A DNA stretch of 64,000 bases from assembly GCA_019635795.1 (NCBI GenBank), contig JAHBYV010000012.1, forward strand, positions 52,858 through 116,857. The letters run 5' to 3'. Positions 9,364 to 18,440 of this stretch are shown here, piece by piece. The translations under genes were made by a program, and so were the position numbers. This DNA is from Rhizobiaceae bacterium. GTDB taxonomy: Bacteria; Pseudomonadota; Alphaproteobacteria; Rhizobiales; Rhizobiaceae. The notes below the pieces were generated by a model. The model did no database searches. It was given only the letters and a program-made list of their open reading frames with translations, and was not told the DNA's origin. Within the stretch, counting starts at the first letter, position 1. Every line of letters starts with the position of its first letter.

Positions 9364-10440
9364 TCAGTGCGGGAATGGCCACATGATGAGCTTCTCCCGA
9401 ATTATCTGCCAAAACCGCGCAAGTCCGTGGGGCTCTACAATCAGGAACAGGATGATTGTCGCGCCAACGATCATGACATTGAGATGCTCGACCGTTGCCG
9501 ACTGAATCGGAATCCCGAGCATTCCCGGCAACGTGCCGAGAACAACTGGCAGTGCAACAATCAGGATCGCGCCGAGATAGTTCCCAAGGATTGAGCCAAG
9601 TCCGCCGATGATGGCGATAAACAGCACGCGGAAGGAGAGCGGAATGTCGAACAGGTTCGGCTCAGCAGCCCCTCGCCACAAGAACACGAACAGCGCGCCC
9701 GCAACGCCCACAATGTATGACGAAATGGCAAATGCCGAGAGCTTGGCCTTCATGAGGTTTATGCCAACCAGCTCAGCCGCAATATCCATGTCGCGAACGG
9801 ATTTCCAAATCCGCCCGATGCGGCCACGCGTAATGTTGATTGCGAGCCACGTTACCGCCGTCACCACTGCAAGAACAAAATAATATTGGGTAACAGACGA
9901 AGCGTTCGGGCCGGCAACGATGATGCCGAACATTTCAATATTGGGCACCTGAATGGCCCCGGACGAGGAGTAATTATAAAGCCAACCCCATTTCTCGAAG
10001 AGCCAAACCAGAAAGAACTGCGCGGCAAGCGTGGTTATTGCCAGATAGAACCCTTTGATGCGCAGGGATGGCAGGCCGAATGCAACGCCTACAGCTGCCG
10101 AGAAAAATCCCGACAGCGCGATTGCAACGACGATATTCAGGTCCGGGAACGCTGTAATGATCTTGAAACACGCATAGGCCCCCACCCCCATGAACGCACC
10201 GGTGCCCAGCGACAACTGCCCGGCATAACCGGTCAGTATATTCAGCCCCAAGGCGGCCAAAGCATAGATTAGGACAGGGATGAGCAGAGCGTTGAACGTG
10301 AACTCACTCGCTGTCATCGGAATGATGGCATAGGCAAAAATCAGGATTATGCCGAGCAACCAGGCGTCTTGCCTCACCGGAAAAAGCGCGTGATCTGCGT
10401 GATAGCTTGTCTTGAACTGGCTCGCCGTACGATAAAGCAT
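9364..10440 (-). CDS. LivM-like ABC permease
   Basis: GLNILTGYAGQLSLG, LRIKGFYLAITTLA, IGGLGSILG. Confidence 0.92.
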   Translation of the reverse strand: MLYRTASQFKTSYHADHALFPVRQDAWLLGIILIFAYAIIPMTASEFTFNALLIPVLIYALAALGLNILTGYAGQLSLGTGAFMGVGAYACFKIITAFPDLNIVVAIALSGFFSAAVGVAFGLPSLRIKGFYLAITTLAAQFFLVWLFEKWGWLYNYSSSGAIQVPNIEMFGIIVAGPNASSVTQYYFVLAVVTAVTWLAINITRGRIGRIWKSVRDMDIAAELVGINLMKAKLSAFAISSYIVGVAGALFVFLWRGAAEPNLFDIPLSFRVLFIAIIGGLGSILGNYLGAILIVALPVVLGTLPGMLGIPIQSATVEHLNVMIVGATIILFLIVEPHGLARFWQIIREKLIMWPFPH

Positions 10441-10446
10441 CTTCTA

Positions 10447-11406
10447 TCACACCCGCTCGATAATTCTTTCGCCGAAGAGGCCCTGTGGCCGGAACAGAAG
10501 CACGATGAGTGCAAAGACAAACGCGAACCAGGTTTCCGTATTGCCACCCATCAGCGGCTGGCCCCAGTAAATCTCGAACAGCTTTTCGAGTATGCCGATG
10601 GCAAGGCCGCCGATGATCGCGCCGAGCACACTTTCCAGTCCGCCAAGCATCAGTACCGGCAGCGCCTTGTAGGCGATAACTTCGAGCGCAAACGAAACGC
10701 CTGCCCGCGCGCCCCAAACAATACCCGTTGCCAGCGCGATAATGCCCGCGATGAACCAGACCAGTATCCATATGGTTGAAAGCGAAATGCCTACAGACAG
10801 AGCGGCCTGATGGTCGTCACCCAACGCCCGGATGGCGCGGCCCATCTTTGACTTGTTCAGGAATACCAACAGCACTGCGACCAGCACCACAGCCCCGATC
10901 ACCGCCGTCAGGTCCTTCTGTTCGATGGAAACGAAGCCGCCGAACGGCTCGAAGGTGAGGCTTCCGGTCGGGATACCGAGTTGCTCGGTAATCATAACCT
11001 TGTTCTCGCCACCAAAGATCAATTCTCCAAAGCCAACGAGAAACAGCGTAATGCCGATTGTTGCCATGAACAGGATGATGTCAGGCTGGTTGACGAGTGG
11101 CCGCAACACGACGCGCTCTATTGCGACTGCAAGCAGAAACATCACCACCAGAGTGAGCGGTACGGCCAGAAGCGCAGGCACACCTTTTTCATGCAGGCCA
11201 ACCAGCGTCAGCGCGGCGAAAACGACCATTATGCCTTGGGCAAAATTGAAGATGCGAGAGGATTTGTAGATCAGCACAAAGCCGAGCGCGATTAGCGCAT
11301 ATAATACGCCAGCTACCAGTCCCTCCCACAACACCTGCAAGAGGAAATCAGGCGCCGCCACCATATCCTGAAATGGCTTGATGAGAATGGAATTCAAAAA
11401 CTCCAT
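10447..11406 (-). CDS. LivH-like ABC permease
   Basis: YALIALGFVLIYK...FNFAQG, GRAIRA, LGGLES. Confidence 0.92.
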   Translation of the reverse strand: MEFLNSILIKPFQDMVAAPDFLLQVLWEGLVAGVLYALIALGFVLIYKSSRIFNFAQGIMVVFAALTLVGLHEKGVPALLAVPLTLVVMFLLAVAIERVVLRPLVNQPDIILFMATIGITLFLVGFGELIFGGENKVMITEQLGIPTGSLTFEPFGGFVSIEQKDLTAVIGAVVLVAVLLVFLNKSKMGRAIRALGDDHQAALSVGISLSTIWILVWFIAGIIALATGIVWGARAGVSFALEVIAYKALPVLMLGGLESVLGAIIGGLAIGILEKLFEIYWGQPLMGGNTETWFAFVFALIVLLFRPQGLFGERIIERV

Positions 11407-11415
11407 TGCTTCCTC

Positions 11416-12243
11416 CTAATGAGCCACGCCAAGATAGGCGTCGATCACTTGCTGGTTTGATTTCACCTCATCAGGGACACCGTCCGCGATTTTCTTGCCG
11501 TAATCGAGCACGACCACACGGTCGGACAGGTCCATCACCACGCCCATATCGTGCTCAATCAGGCAGATTGTGGTGCCGCGCTGGCGGTTCACATCCAGAA
11601 TGAAGCGGCTCATGTCCTCCTTTTCTTCAAGATTCATACCCGCCATCGGCTCGTCCAGCAGCAGCAATGAAGGCTCCATCGCCAGCGCGCGGCCCAGTTC
11701 TACCCGCTTTTGCAAACCGTAAGGCAGCTTGCCGACGGGGGTGCGGCGAATATGCTGGATTTCAAGGAAGTCTATTATTTCCTCGACCTTCTCGCGGTGC
11801 TCGATTTCTTCGCGCAGGGCGGGACCGTGCCAGAGCATTTGCCATCCAAGGCCGCGATTCATCTTCACCGAACGTCCGGTCATGATGTTGTCCAGAGTGG
11901 ACATCCCCTTGAAGAGCGCAACGTTCTGGAAGGTCCGGGCAATTCCCTGCCGCACGGCATGGTGTGGCTTCATCGCACGACGTTCGACACCTCGAAAGGT
12001 AATCGTGCCCTCCTGCGGCGTGTAGAATCCATTTATGACGTTGAGCATCGATGTTTTGCCCGCGCCATTCGGGCCAATGATGGCGCGAATTTCGCCCTTG
12101 CGAACATTGAATGAAATGTCGGTTATGGCTTTGACGCCGCCAAAGCGCAGCGACACATTGCGCACGTCCATCAGCAACTCGCCGGGCGCGATGCCGTCAT
12201 CCCGGGCAGCGACAATCGCCGTATGTTCAGGCTGAGCATTCAT
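11416..12243 (-). CDS. LivG-like ABC ATP-binding protein
   Basis: GPNGAGKTS, LPYGLQKR, LLDEP, IEHDM. Confidence 0.93.
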   Translation of the reverse strand: MNAQPEHTAIVAARDDGIAPGELLMDVRNVSLRFGGVKAITDISFNVRKGEIRAIIGPNGAGKTSMLNVINGFYTPQEGTITFRGVERRAMKPHHAVRQGIARTFQNVALFKGMSTLDNIMTGRSVKMNRGLGWQMLWHGPALREEIEHREKVEEIIDFLEIQHIRRTPVGKLPYGLQKRVELGRALAMEPSLLLLDEPMAGMNLEEKEDMSRFILDVNRQRGTTICLIEHDMGVVMDLSDRVVVLDYGKKIADGVPDEVKSNQQVIDAYLGVAH

Positions 12244-14225
12244 TCGGCAGCCTCCCGAAGCGCAGCGCTACCGCCATAGATCGCAGCATCCTCGATGCGC
12301 ACGGTCGCACGAATTTTGCCCTTGCGTCCGTCCTCATAGGTAACTTCCGTCTCGACGAACTTCTGCGTCGATCCATCATAAAGCGCCTCAATCAGCGGCT
12401 CGTACCGGTCTGCCACGAAGCTGCGGCGCACTTTCTGGGTGCGGGTCAGCTCGCCATCGTCGGCGTCGAGTTCCTTGTGCAGGATAAGAAAGCGATTGAT
12501 TTGAGCTCCTGCCATCATGGGCTCTGAAGCCAGACGCCTGTTCGCTTCATCGACATGCCCGGCAATAATCCTGTAAACCTCCGGGTGCCCGGCCAACTCC
12601 TGATAGGAGGCATAGGCAATATTGTTGCGCTCGGCCCAGTTGCCAACCGCCTGAAGATCAATGTTGATGAAGGCGGTAACGAAGTCCCGCGCATGCCCGA
12701 AAGCCACCGCTTCCTTGATATTGGGGAAGAATTTCAACACGTTCTCGATGTATTTTGGCGCAAAGAGTGCACCAGCGTTCAGCTTTCCAACATCTTTGGC
12801 GCGGTCAATGATGCGCAACTGGCCATCGGCCTCGAAGAATCCCGCATCACCGGTTTTGACGAAACCGTCTTCAGTAACGGTCTCACGCGTGGCATCGTCT
12901 TGCTTGAAGTAACCGGTGAACTGCCCCGGCGACCGAAACTGCACCTCGCCATTATCGGAAATTCTGATGTCTACGTTTGGCGCAGCCGGTCCGACGGCAT
13001 CAGCGCGCACGGCGCCATCTTTCTGGCAGGTGACATAAAGGAAGGCTTCCGTTTGGCCGTAAAGCTGCTTGAGATTGATCCCGAGCGAGCGGAAGAACGA
13101 AAACAAATCCTGACCGATTGCCTCCCCGGCCGTGTAGGCCACGCGTATGTTTGACAGCCCCAATACATTCTTGAGCGGTTCGTAGACAAAAATGCGGCCC
13201 AATGCGTAGGAAATCCGCGCACCGAAAGAAACTGGCCGACCTTCCAGAATCGATTCGCCATGTTTTCGCGCTATACCGATGAAATGATTGTACATTTTCC
13301 GCTTGAGCGCAGACGCGTCTTCCATGCGGATGGTGACGCTTGTCAGAAGCCCTTCGAACACGCGCGGCGGCGCGAAGTAGAATGTGGGCGCAATCTCGCG
13401 CAAATCCTGCGGCACTGTTTCGGGGCTCTCCGGGCAGTTCATGCAAAAGCCCGAAACATAGCCTTGCGCGTAGTTCAGATAATGATCGCCAACCCATGCG
13501 AGTGGCAAATAAGCAAGCACACTGTCCTTTTCCGTCAGCCCGTCAAACACCGCGGTATCAACAGCGGCAGCAACCGACCCCCTCGCGCTGAGCATTACAC
13601 CCTTGGAACGCCCGGTTGTGCCGGACGTGTAGAGCATCACCGAAATATCATCGCCGCTTGCCTCAACGATTCCTTTCTCCCAACGAGAACCGATCTGCGG
13701 ATCGGAAGACAGCAGCGACCGGCCCTGCGCCTGTACATCGGCAAAGGAATGAAGGCTGGAATGGTCGTAATCGCGCAAGCCTCTTGGCTCATCGTAAATG
13801 ATCGTTTTCAGGCGCGGAATGTGATCGGAGAAGGACTGGATCTTGTCCACCTGCTCTTGATCCTGCACGACAGCAAAGCGCACTTCGGCATGATCGAGCA
13901 CATGCGCAAGCTCTTCAGCAACCGCATCGGCATACACCGGAACGGGAATTGCGCCGAGAGACTGGGCTGCACATATTGCCCAGTAAAGCCGCGGGCGATT
14001 TGCGCCAATGACAGCAACCCTCTCGCCATGCGCCAGACCCATGGATTGCAGGCCAATCGCCAGCGCCCGTATTTCATCCAATTGCTGGGACCAGCTCCAG
14101 CTTTGCCAGATGCCGTAATCCTTATGTCGCAATGCTGGCCGGTCACCGAAGCGCTGGGCGTTCAGCAGTAGGTATTTCGGAAACGTGTCAAGCGTCATGC
14201 CGGCGGGCAGCGCCGTCGCTCTCAT
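12240..14225 (-). CDS. Long-chain-fatty-acid--CoA ligase (AMP-binding)
   Basis: YTSGTTGRSKG, YGQTE, TGDAG and IIDRAKD adenylate-forming motifs. Confidence 0.92.
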   Translation of the reverse strand: MRATALPAGMTLDTFPKYLLLNAQRFGDRPALRHKDYGIWQSWSWSQQLDEIRALAIGLQSMGLAHGERVAVIGANRPRLYWAICAAQSLGAIPVPVYADAVAEELAHVLDHAEVRFAVVQDQEQVDKIQSFSDHIPRLKTIIYDEPRGLRDYDHSSLHSFADVQAQGRSLLSSDPQIGSRWEKGIVEASGDDISVMLYTSGTTGRSKGVMLSARGSVAAAVDTAVFDGLTEKDSVLAYLPLAWVGDHYLNYAQGYVSGFCMNCPESPETVPQDLREIAPTFYFAPPRVFEGLLTSVTIRMEDASALKRKMYNHFIGIARKHGESILEGRPVSFGARISYALGRIFVYEPLKNVLGLSNIRVAYTAGEAIGQDLFSFFRSLGINLKQLYGQTEAFLYVTCQKDGAVRADAVGPAAPNVDIRISDNGEVQFRSPGQFTGYFKQDDATRETVTEDGFVKTGDAGFFEADGQLRIIDRAKDVGKLNAGALFAPKYIENVLKFFPNIKEAVAFGHARDFVTAFINIDLQAVGNWAERNNIAYASYQELAGHPEVYRIIAGHVDEANRRLASEPMMAGAQINRFLILHKELDADDGELTRTQKVRRSFVADRYEPLIEALYDGSTQKFVETEVTYEDGRKGKIRATVRIEDAAIYGGSAALREAAE

Positions 14226-14405
14226 TCCACTTCTCCTCCCTGCCGCCTTGAGACGGTCTGAACCGATACTGCCACCTCAGCAGGATAGCGCAATAGGCAG
14301 TTGGTCTACCGGGAGACTAGAGGCATGAGCGGGGAAGGTTCAACACGGCCCTTGACAGACAGACGCGGCCATTGTGTTGTGCGCTACCCAGACCAGTTTC
14401 CTGAA

Positions 14406-15095
14406 TCAGCTGAAATCTTCTATCGCGCCATAATCGCCAAGCTTCTGGCGGTTGATCACGGTTATCGCGCCATGCGCGAAATCGAGAAGCCCTTCCTGCG
14501 CCAGTTCCTGCAGGCTACGGTTTACCAGCGGGCGGGAGACTGTCGCCAGCAGCGCCAGCTCATCTTGGGTAATCTCAATCACGTTTCCGACATGCGGGCA
14601 CAAAAGCGGATTTCCCAGCCATGAGATTTGCCGGGCAACCCGCGCTTTCGGGTCCAAAAGGCGCTCATATTCCGTTGTGGCGATGAATTGCGCCAACCGT
14701 TCGTTGAGCTGCCGCACGAGGAAGCGATTGAAACCAACGCTGTTTTCGTAAAGCCACATGAACGTTGCTCGGTTCATCAAAAGCGCATGTGTGTTGCGAA
14801 TGGCTACCAGATCGTATCTGCGCCATTCATCTTTCAGCACCGAGCCCTCGCCGAACCAGCCGCCTGCACCTATGCCGGCGAAAGTAATTGCCTTTCCGCT
14901 TTGTGAAACCGAACTCATCTTCACAAGACCGGTCACAACGCCGTGCCAATAATCCACCTTGTCGCCGCGGTGAAACAGATAGTTTCCCTTATCGAACCGC
15001 CGCTCGGTTATCCCGCGGGCAGCACGTTCAAATTCGTCCGTGGTCAGTTCTGATGCCCAAATGGCAGATTGAATAATTTCCGTACGCTCGCTCAT
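14406..15095 (-). CDS. Crp/Fnr family transcriptional regulator
   Basis: cNMP-type WFGEGS motif; C-terminal HTH ITQDELALLATVSRPLVNRSL. Confidence 0.92.
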   Translation of the reverse strand: MSERTEIIQSAIWASELTTDEFERAARGITERRFDKGNYLFHRGDKVDYWHGVVTGLVKMSSVSQSGKAITFAGIGAGGWFGEGSVLKDEWRRYDLVAIRNTHALLMNRATFMWLYENSVGFNRFLVRQLNERLAQFIATTEYERLLDPKARVARQISWLGNPLLCPHVGNVIEITQDELALLATVSRPLVNRSLQELAQEGLLDFAHGAITVINRQKLGDYGAIEDFS

Positions 15096-15171
15096 GCCCC
15101 TTTATGACATGAACAGCACTGCCTCAGAACCGGATATTGGCGCTGCGCGCTAAATCAGCTGTGCTATGCGC

Positions 15172-15942
15172 TCAAGCTGCCTTGGCGAAGCGCGCTGTCG
15201 GCAAGATCGTAAGCGGTTCCGGCTCGCCCTTTGCGGGTTTGGAAAACAACATCCGGCGTTCCACTGCGGTTGAACGGAAAAATGGAAACCGCGTGAAGAA
15301 TGCTTCCTGATCGCGATGCGCGTCTGTGCGATAGAGTACCACCCTGGCGAAAACGCCCGGATAGCCACGTGGAGCGCTTATGCACTCAGAACGGTAGATG
15401 CGCCGGTAGAAGCCCGCATGTTCTTCCCGCACAGTAGATAAGCCATAAGGTACGTTGAAGTGTTGGCACGCCATGCTGGCCAGCCGCAAGGTGACATAAG
15501 GCAATTGCGGATAGTGCCGTGTCCATTCGGGGTCGGAAGCGAAACGGCTCATGCAGACAAAAGTCAGCCCCTCTTCCAGCATTGGCAAAACAACGTCGCC
15601 AAAAGCGCGAGTCGAAGTTGACCAGGGCATCTCGGCGGTTACGTGGTGTATACGTAATGTGCTGAGCAGCCTTCCATCAACGAACACCCCAAAAAGGTGT
15701 GCGTTGGGCGTGTCGTCCAGATCGTCCCCCAACGTGCGCTGTTCGCTATGGGTTACGATTCCGTTTGCCAGATAGGACTTGTATCGAAGGCGGAAAATAT
15801 CCTCGCGGTCGTCACCCCGATCACAACGGCGGTATTCGGTCCTGTCTAGCAGAGCTTCGACATGGCTGGAGAAAGTCTCGCCACGCTTGCCCTCTGACGC
15901 GTTATTCCCATTTGAACGCAACGCTTCACCCTGATCCGGCAT
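15172..15942 (-). CDS. FeeM-like N-acyl amino acid synthase / LuxI-fold GNAT protein
   Basis: IFRLRYKSY, DDLDDTPNAHLFGVFVDGRLLSTLRIH, SRF and H-x-x-FYRR pattern recalled from FeeM/LuxI-fold acyltransferases. Confidence 0.7.
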   Translation of the reverse strand: MPDQGEALRSNGNNASEGKRGETFSSHVEALLDRTEYRRCDRGDDREDIFRLRYKSYLANGIVTHSEQRTLGDDLDDTPNAHLFGVFVDGRLLSTLRIHHVTAEMPWSTSTRAFGDVVLPMLEEGLTFVCMSRFASDPEWTRHYPQLPYVTLRLASMACQHFNVPYGLSTVREEHAGFYRRIYRSECISAPRGYPGVFARVVLYRTDAHRDQEAFFTRFPFFRSTAVERRMLFSKPAKGEPEPLTILPTARFAKAA

Positions 15943-15979
15943 TCATTTCACTCCGCCATGATGCGACGATCAACTATGC

Positions 15980-15994
15980 TTAACAAACAGTAAA
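15980..15994. promoter_or_regulatory. CtrA-like box upstream of the FeeM-like gene
   Basis: TTAA-N7-TAAA, 1 mismatch to TTAA-N7-TTAA. Confidence 0.4.
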
Positions 15995-16017
15995 GAGACA
16001 ATTGCACTTTTTGCAAT

Positions 16018-16039
16018 ATAACGTTGCATTAACCTTAAC
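16018..16039. promoter_or_regulatory. CtrA-like box with an extra half-site
   Basis: ATAA-N7-TTAAC followed directly by CTTAAC. Confidence 0.45.
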
Positions 16040-16082
16040 GCTCAAAGCCTAAGGCAGCACCACCAGAAGGCGCAGTCCTCGC

Positions 16083-18398
16083 CTACTGTCCGCTATTGGC
16101 CGATTTTGATCCAATGCTGCCTTTTTGGCCAAAGTGCCAGACCGCGTTTGACATCGTCTTGATACCGTTGCCTGTCAGGGCCGAACCGAACAGAAAGCCT
16201 TGCAAGGTTTCAGGACGTCCAGCTGGAAGGAGCGCAGCCAGCTGATCGAACGTCTCGATTCCCTCGACGGTTACGGTTTTGCCCAGGGAATGGCACAGGC
16301 CGATAATCCCTGTGATGAGTTTCAGCGAGTGCTCGCTGGTAGCAATATCAGACACAAAACTGCGATCGACCTTGATCTTGTCAATTGGCAGTTTGTGAAG
16401 GTAGCTCAGGGCCGAGTAACCGGTGCCAAAGTCATCGAGAGCGATATGCACACCTTTCGACTGCAACACCAAAAGCTTTGCCGCAGCCCCCAGTTTATCG
16501 TCCAACAGAGCGGTTTCTGTCACTTCAACGTCAAGGCGGTTTGCGCAAAGGCCGGAATTTGCAAGCGCGTCCATAACGGTTTCGACGATGTCATCCTCGC
16601 GGAAATCTTTGGCTGACAGGTTAACCGACACCCCGATCCATTCCGGCCATTTGGCGCATTCGGCGGTCGCCGTGCGCAACACAAAGCGGCTGATCGCGGA
16701 GATCATGCCTATTTCTTCCGCCAGAGGAATGAATATGGAAGGTGAAATAACGCCAAGTTCGGGATGGTGCCAGCGGCACAGCGCCTCACAACTGACCACA
16801 CGCATGGTGTCGGCAGAAATGATCGGCTGATAAACAACGCTCAGTCCGCATTGATCTACCGCCACCCGCAAATCTTCGATCAGACGCTGGCGCGTACGGA
16901 AAGCGTCATCGATTCTGGGCTCGAACACCTGCCAACGCGCCTTGCCATTCGTCTTTGCCACATGAAGCGCAAGGTCCGCCTTCACCGTCATCGTATCAAT
17001 GTCGAACGTGCTTGCAGCGCAGCAGACAATGCCAATGCTCAACTTGATATGAAACTCATTTCCAGCCACGAAGGCTTTGCCCTCAATCGCTGCGAATGTG
17101 TTCTGAGCAATTTCCGAAAGCTGTTCGAGATCTTTCACATCATTGTAAAAGATCATGAATTCGTCGCCGCCGAACCGGCTGCAGGTCACATCGCCTTTGA
17201 TGCTGGCCATGCGCTTTGCTACTTCATACAGCAGGCCGTCGCCGACCGGATGGCCAAATTTGTCGTTAACGCTTTTGAAGTCGTCCAGATCGATTACCAA
17301 CAATGCGCACAGCCGCTGCGGGTTGCCCTCCGCCAGCTTCACTTCCAGCAATTCGTGAAAATAGTGGCGATTTGGAAGTCCAGTCAGGTCGTCATACCGC
17401 GCCATTGCACGAATGCGCTCTTCCGCTAATACGCGCTGAGTGACATCCTCGAAGGTGATTACATCCAGCCTGTCACGCCCCTGCCGCGCAGACGTTTCAA
17501 AATAACGCCCGTCGCTCAGCGAAATAGTTATCTTGCGATCGATTCCCTCGCGCAGATTCTTGGTCAATTGTGCGGAAACCTGCTCCGATTCATCCCGATC
17601 AATCAAACCGGCTGCAGCGATACGGCGAAGAAGAGATCCTGACGTGCGGCCCAACAGGGATTCCACCGAGGGCATTCCCAGCATCTTCGCCGCCTGCCCA
17701 TTGGCAACCACAACCCGGCCATCTCTGCTCAACATGATCAGGCCATGCGACATGGTGTTGAGCGCGCGATTAAAGCGCTCGGCAAGTCCGTTAGCCCTGC
17801 TCTGCTGCGAGATTGCTGCAAACAATACCTCGCGAACTGTCGTGGCATAACGGCGAATTGCCAGCAAAAACGGGATCGACAGCAAGCCCAGCGCGACGTG
17901 GAAAAAGTCTCCGCGCAAAATGAATCCAAGGGCCATAGGCAGTGTCAGCGCTATGACCAGAATGTTCACCATACGCGGCGAACCATAGTTGCGTCCTGCG
18001 ATTCCTGTGGCGGTAGCGAGAGCTATACAAACAGCCGCCGTCTCGGAAAAACTGTTCTCAGCCGAATAAATCGCCACCAGGCTGAAACAGCCGAGCGCTG
18101 CGCCATGCATCGCTCCGAAAATAATGTAGTAGTTTTCGCGCTTGCGCGCCCCGGCCCGCGTGGTGGCGGGGGGGTGCGCGTTTATCTTCCTCATGTTGAC
18201 CAAACGGACGATACCAACAAGCAAAAGACAAACTAAAACAGCCAGATAGGCGGGGTTGTCGGTATTAAGCCAAACAAGCGTTATAAGCGCGGACTGGGCA
18301 AATATACCGATTGCCAAAGTAAAGCCGTCGCGGAAAAGTGTCTCCACGAATGGCAAGTAAATATCGTCCGATACCTTATCAGGCTTACTATCGATCAT
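16083..18398 (-). CDS. Membrane-anchored PAS-GGDEF-EAL diguanylate cyclase/phosphodiesterase
   Basis: About 5-6 N-terminal TM helices, PAS-like linker, YDDLTGLPNR, intact GGDEF, EAL and DDFGTGYS. Confidence 0.93.
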   Translation of the reverse strand: MIDSKPDKVSDDIYLPFVETLFRDGFTLAIGIFAQSALITLVWLNTDNPAYLAVLVCLLLVGIVRLVNMRKINAHPPATTRAGARKRENYYIIFGAMHGAALGCFSLVAIYSAENSFSETAAVCIALATATGIAGRNYGSPRMVNILVIALTLPMALGFILRGDFFHVALGLLSIPFLLAIRRYATTVREVLFAAISQQSRANGLAERFNRALNTMSHGLIMLSRDGRVVVANGQAAKMLGMPSVESLLGRTSGSLLRRIAAAGLIDRDESEQVSAQLTKNLREGIDRKITISLSDGRYFETSARQGRDRLDVITFEDVTQRVLAEERIRAMARYDDLTGLPNRHYFHELLEVKLAEGNPQRLCALLVIDLDDFKSVNDKFGHPVGDGLLYEVAKRMASIKGDVTCSRFGGDEFMIFYNDVKDLEQLSEIAQNTFAAIEGKAFVAGNEFHIKLSIGIVCCAASTFDIDTMTVKADLALHVAKTNGKARWQVFEPRIDDAFRTRQRLIEDLRVAVDQCGLSVVYQPIISADTMRVVSCEALCRWHHPELGVISPSIFIPLAEEIGMISAISRFVLRTATAECAKWPEWIGVSVNLSAKDFREDDIVETVMDALANSGLCANRLDVEVTETALLDDKLGAAAKLLVLQSKGVHIALDDFGTGYSALSYLHKLPIDKIKVDRSFVSDIATSEHSLKLITGIIGLCHSLGKTVTVEGIETFDQLAALLPAGRPETLQGFLFGSALTGNGIKTMSNAVWHFGQKGSIGSKSANSGQ

Positions 18399-18425
18399 CG
18401 CGCGCGAACTATTGGCACGGTCCGA

Positions 18426-18440
18426 TTAAGAAAGATTTAG
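18426..18440. promoter_or_regulatory. CtrA-like box upstream of the GGDEF-EAL gene
   Basis: Minus strand CTAA-N7-TTAA, 28 nt before the ATG and overlapping the IOR stop. Confidence 0.45.
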
